A stretch of 25,724 nucleotides of DNA from a virus (taxonomy: Duplodnaviria > Caudoviricetes), in the IMG/VR virus record IMGVR_UViG_3300032243_000057, positions 1-25,724 of that record, one strand, 5' to 3'. Positions 25,370-25,724 of the stretch are shown piece by piece. How positions within the stretch are numbered: the first letter of the stretch is position 1; the number at the start of each line of letters is the position of its first letter. The notes below the pieces were generated by a model. It made no database searches, was not told where the DNA came from, and saw only the letters and a program-made list of their open reading frames with translations. The position numbers were made by a program, and so were the translations under genes.

Positions 25370-25724
25370 TTAAGCTAGGTATTTCTCAGGGTTGATTTGC
25401 TTGCCTTGTTTTTTGTTGCCTGTTCGTGCTTGACGAACTCTGTCCATCATCTTGTACAACTGTTTGGCTCCTGCTTCAGATGAGCCATTACCGAGGTGGG
25501 AAACCACATCGGCAGGAATTACAAACTCTTCGTTGGCCAAACGTGCAGGTTGTTTATTAGCTATTGTCGCAGGAATATCGTCAGACATACCATCTCCGGG
25601 GCCTTTGAGCATGCGCCCACCATCCGAATAGCCGCCAAGATCAGCCAGACCGCCATGTGCATATTGCGCACGATAGTAGTTGGGTGTTGCAGGTTCGTAA
25701 CCAGAGTATGCGCCAGCGTTGAAA
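25370..25724 (-). CDS. Virion protein C-terminal fragment (5' end outside the window) with tape-measure-C-terminal-like motif
   Basis: Frame stays open beyond the track start to the window edge: FNAGAYSGYEPATPNYYRAQYAHGGLADLGGYSDGGRMLKGPGDGMSDDIPA...LANEEFVIPADVV..LG.G. Confidence 0.75.
   Translation of the reverse strand, partial: FNAGAYSGYEPATPNYYRAQYAHGGLADLGGYSDGGRMLKGPGDGMSDDIPATIANKQPARLANEEFVIPADVVSHLGNGSSEAGAKQLYKMMDRVRQARTGNKKQGKQINPEKYLA

Larger units (their letters stand above)
1..25724. mobile_element. Bacteriophage (Caudoviricetes, podovirus-like) genome segment: replication arm (+) converging on virion core/ejection arm (-)
   Basis: Dense co-oriented overlapping genes; phage-type PolA, VRR-NUC, Cas4-like nuclease, SNF2 helicase, primase-helicase and a giant LPD38-like internal protein; no housekeeping genes. 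No integrase or att site in the window, so prophage versus free phage cannot be decided. Confidence 0.95.

Noticed and set aside
1-25724. Diversity-generating retroelement or alternative genetic code
   Set aside because: No reverse transcriptase or adenine-variable repeat pair seen; long genes are intact under the standard bacterial code.

Overview
The whole window is part of a tailed dsDNA bacteriophage genome with podovirus-like gene content and no host genes. It has two convergent arms meeting at ~12.3 kb. The + strand arm (1-12367) opens with a cluster of tiny, translationally coupled accessory ORFs. A replication/recombination module follows: DUF3310/gp1.7-like protein, VRR-NUC nuclease, family A DNA polymerase (Leu762 type), small HExxH protein, Cas4/RecB-like exonuclease, HNH protein, SNF2-type helicase, SSB-like protein, Cro-like HTH and a RepB-type primase/DUF927 helicase fusion. 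The - strand arm (12330-25724) is a virion core/DNA-ejection module: a truncated protein with a tape-measure-C-terminal-like motif, a GNAT-like protein, two Q/A/G-rich ejection proteins and a 3160-aa large polyvalent protein (zincin motif plus LPD38-like C-terminus). The most interesting signals are: (1) a GNAT gene coupled to an ejection protein with a leader followed by GGGG, suggesting processing and N-acylation; (2) a recurring x-x-x-G-G tag in three neighbouring virion proteins; (3) beta-clamp-binding motifs (QLDLF, QMDLF) in a small replication-linked protein and in the giant injected protein; (4) a nested-stem structured element after the SSB gene. All family calls come from motif recognition by eye; no searches were run.
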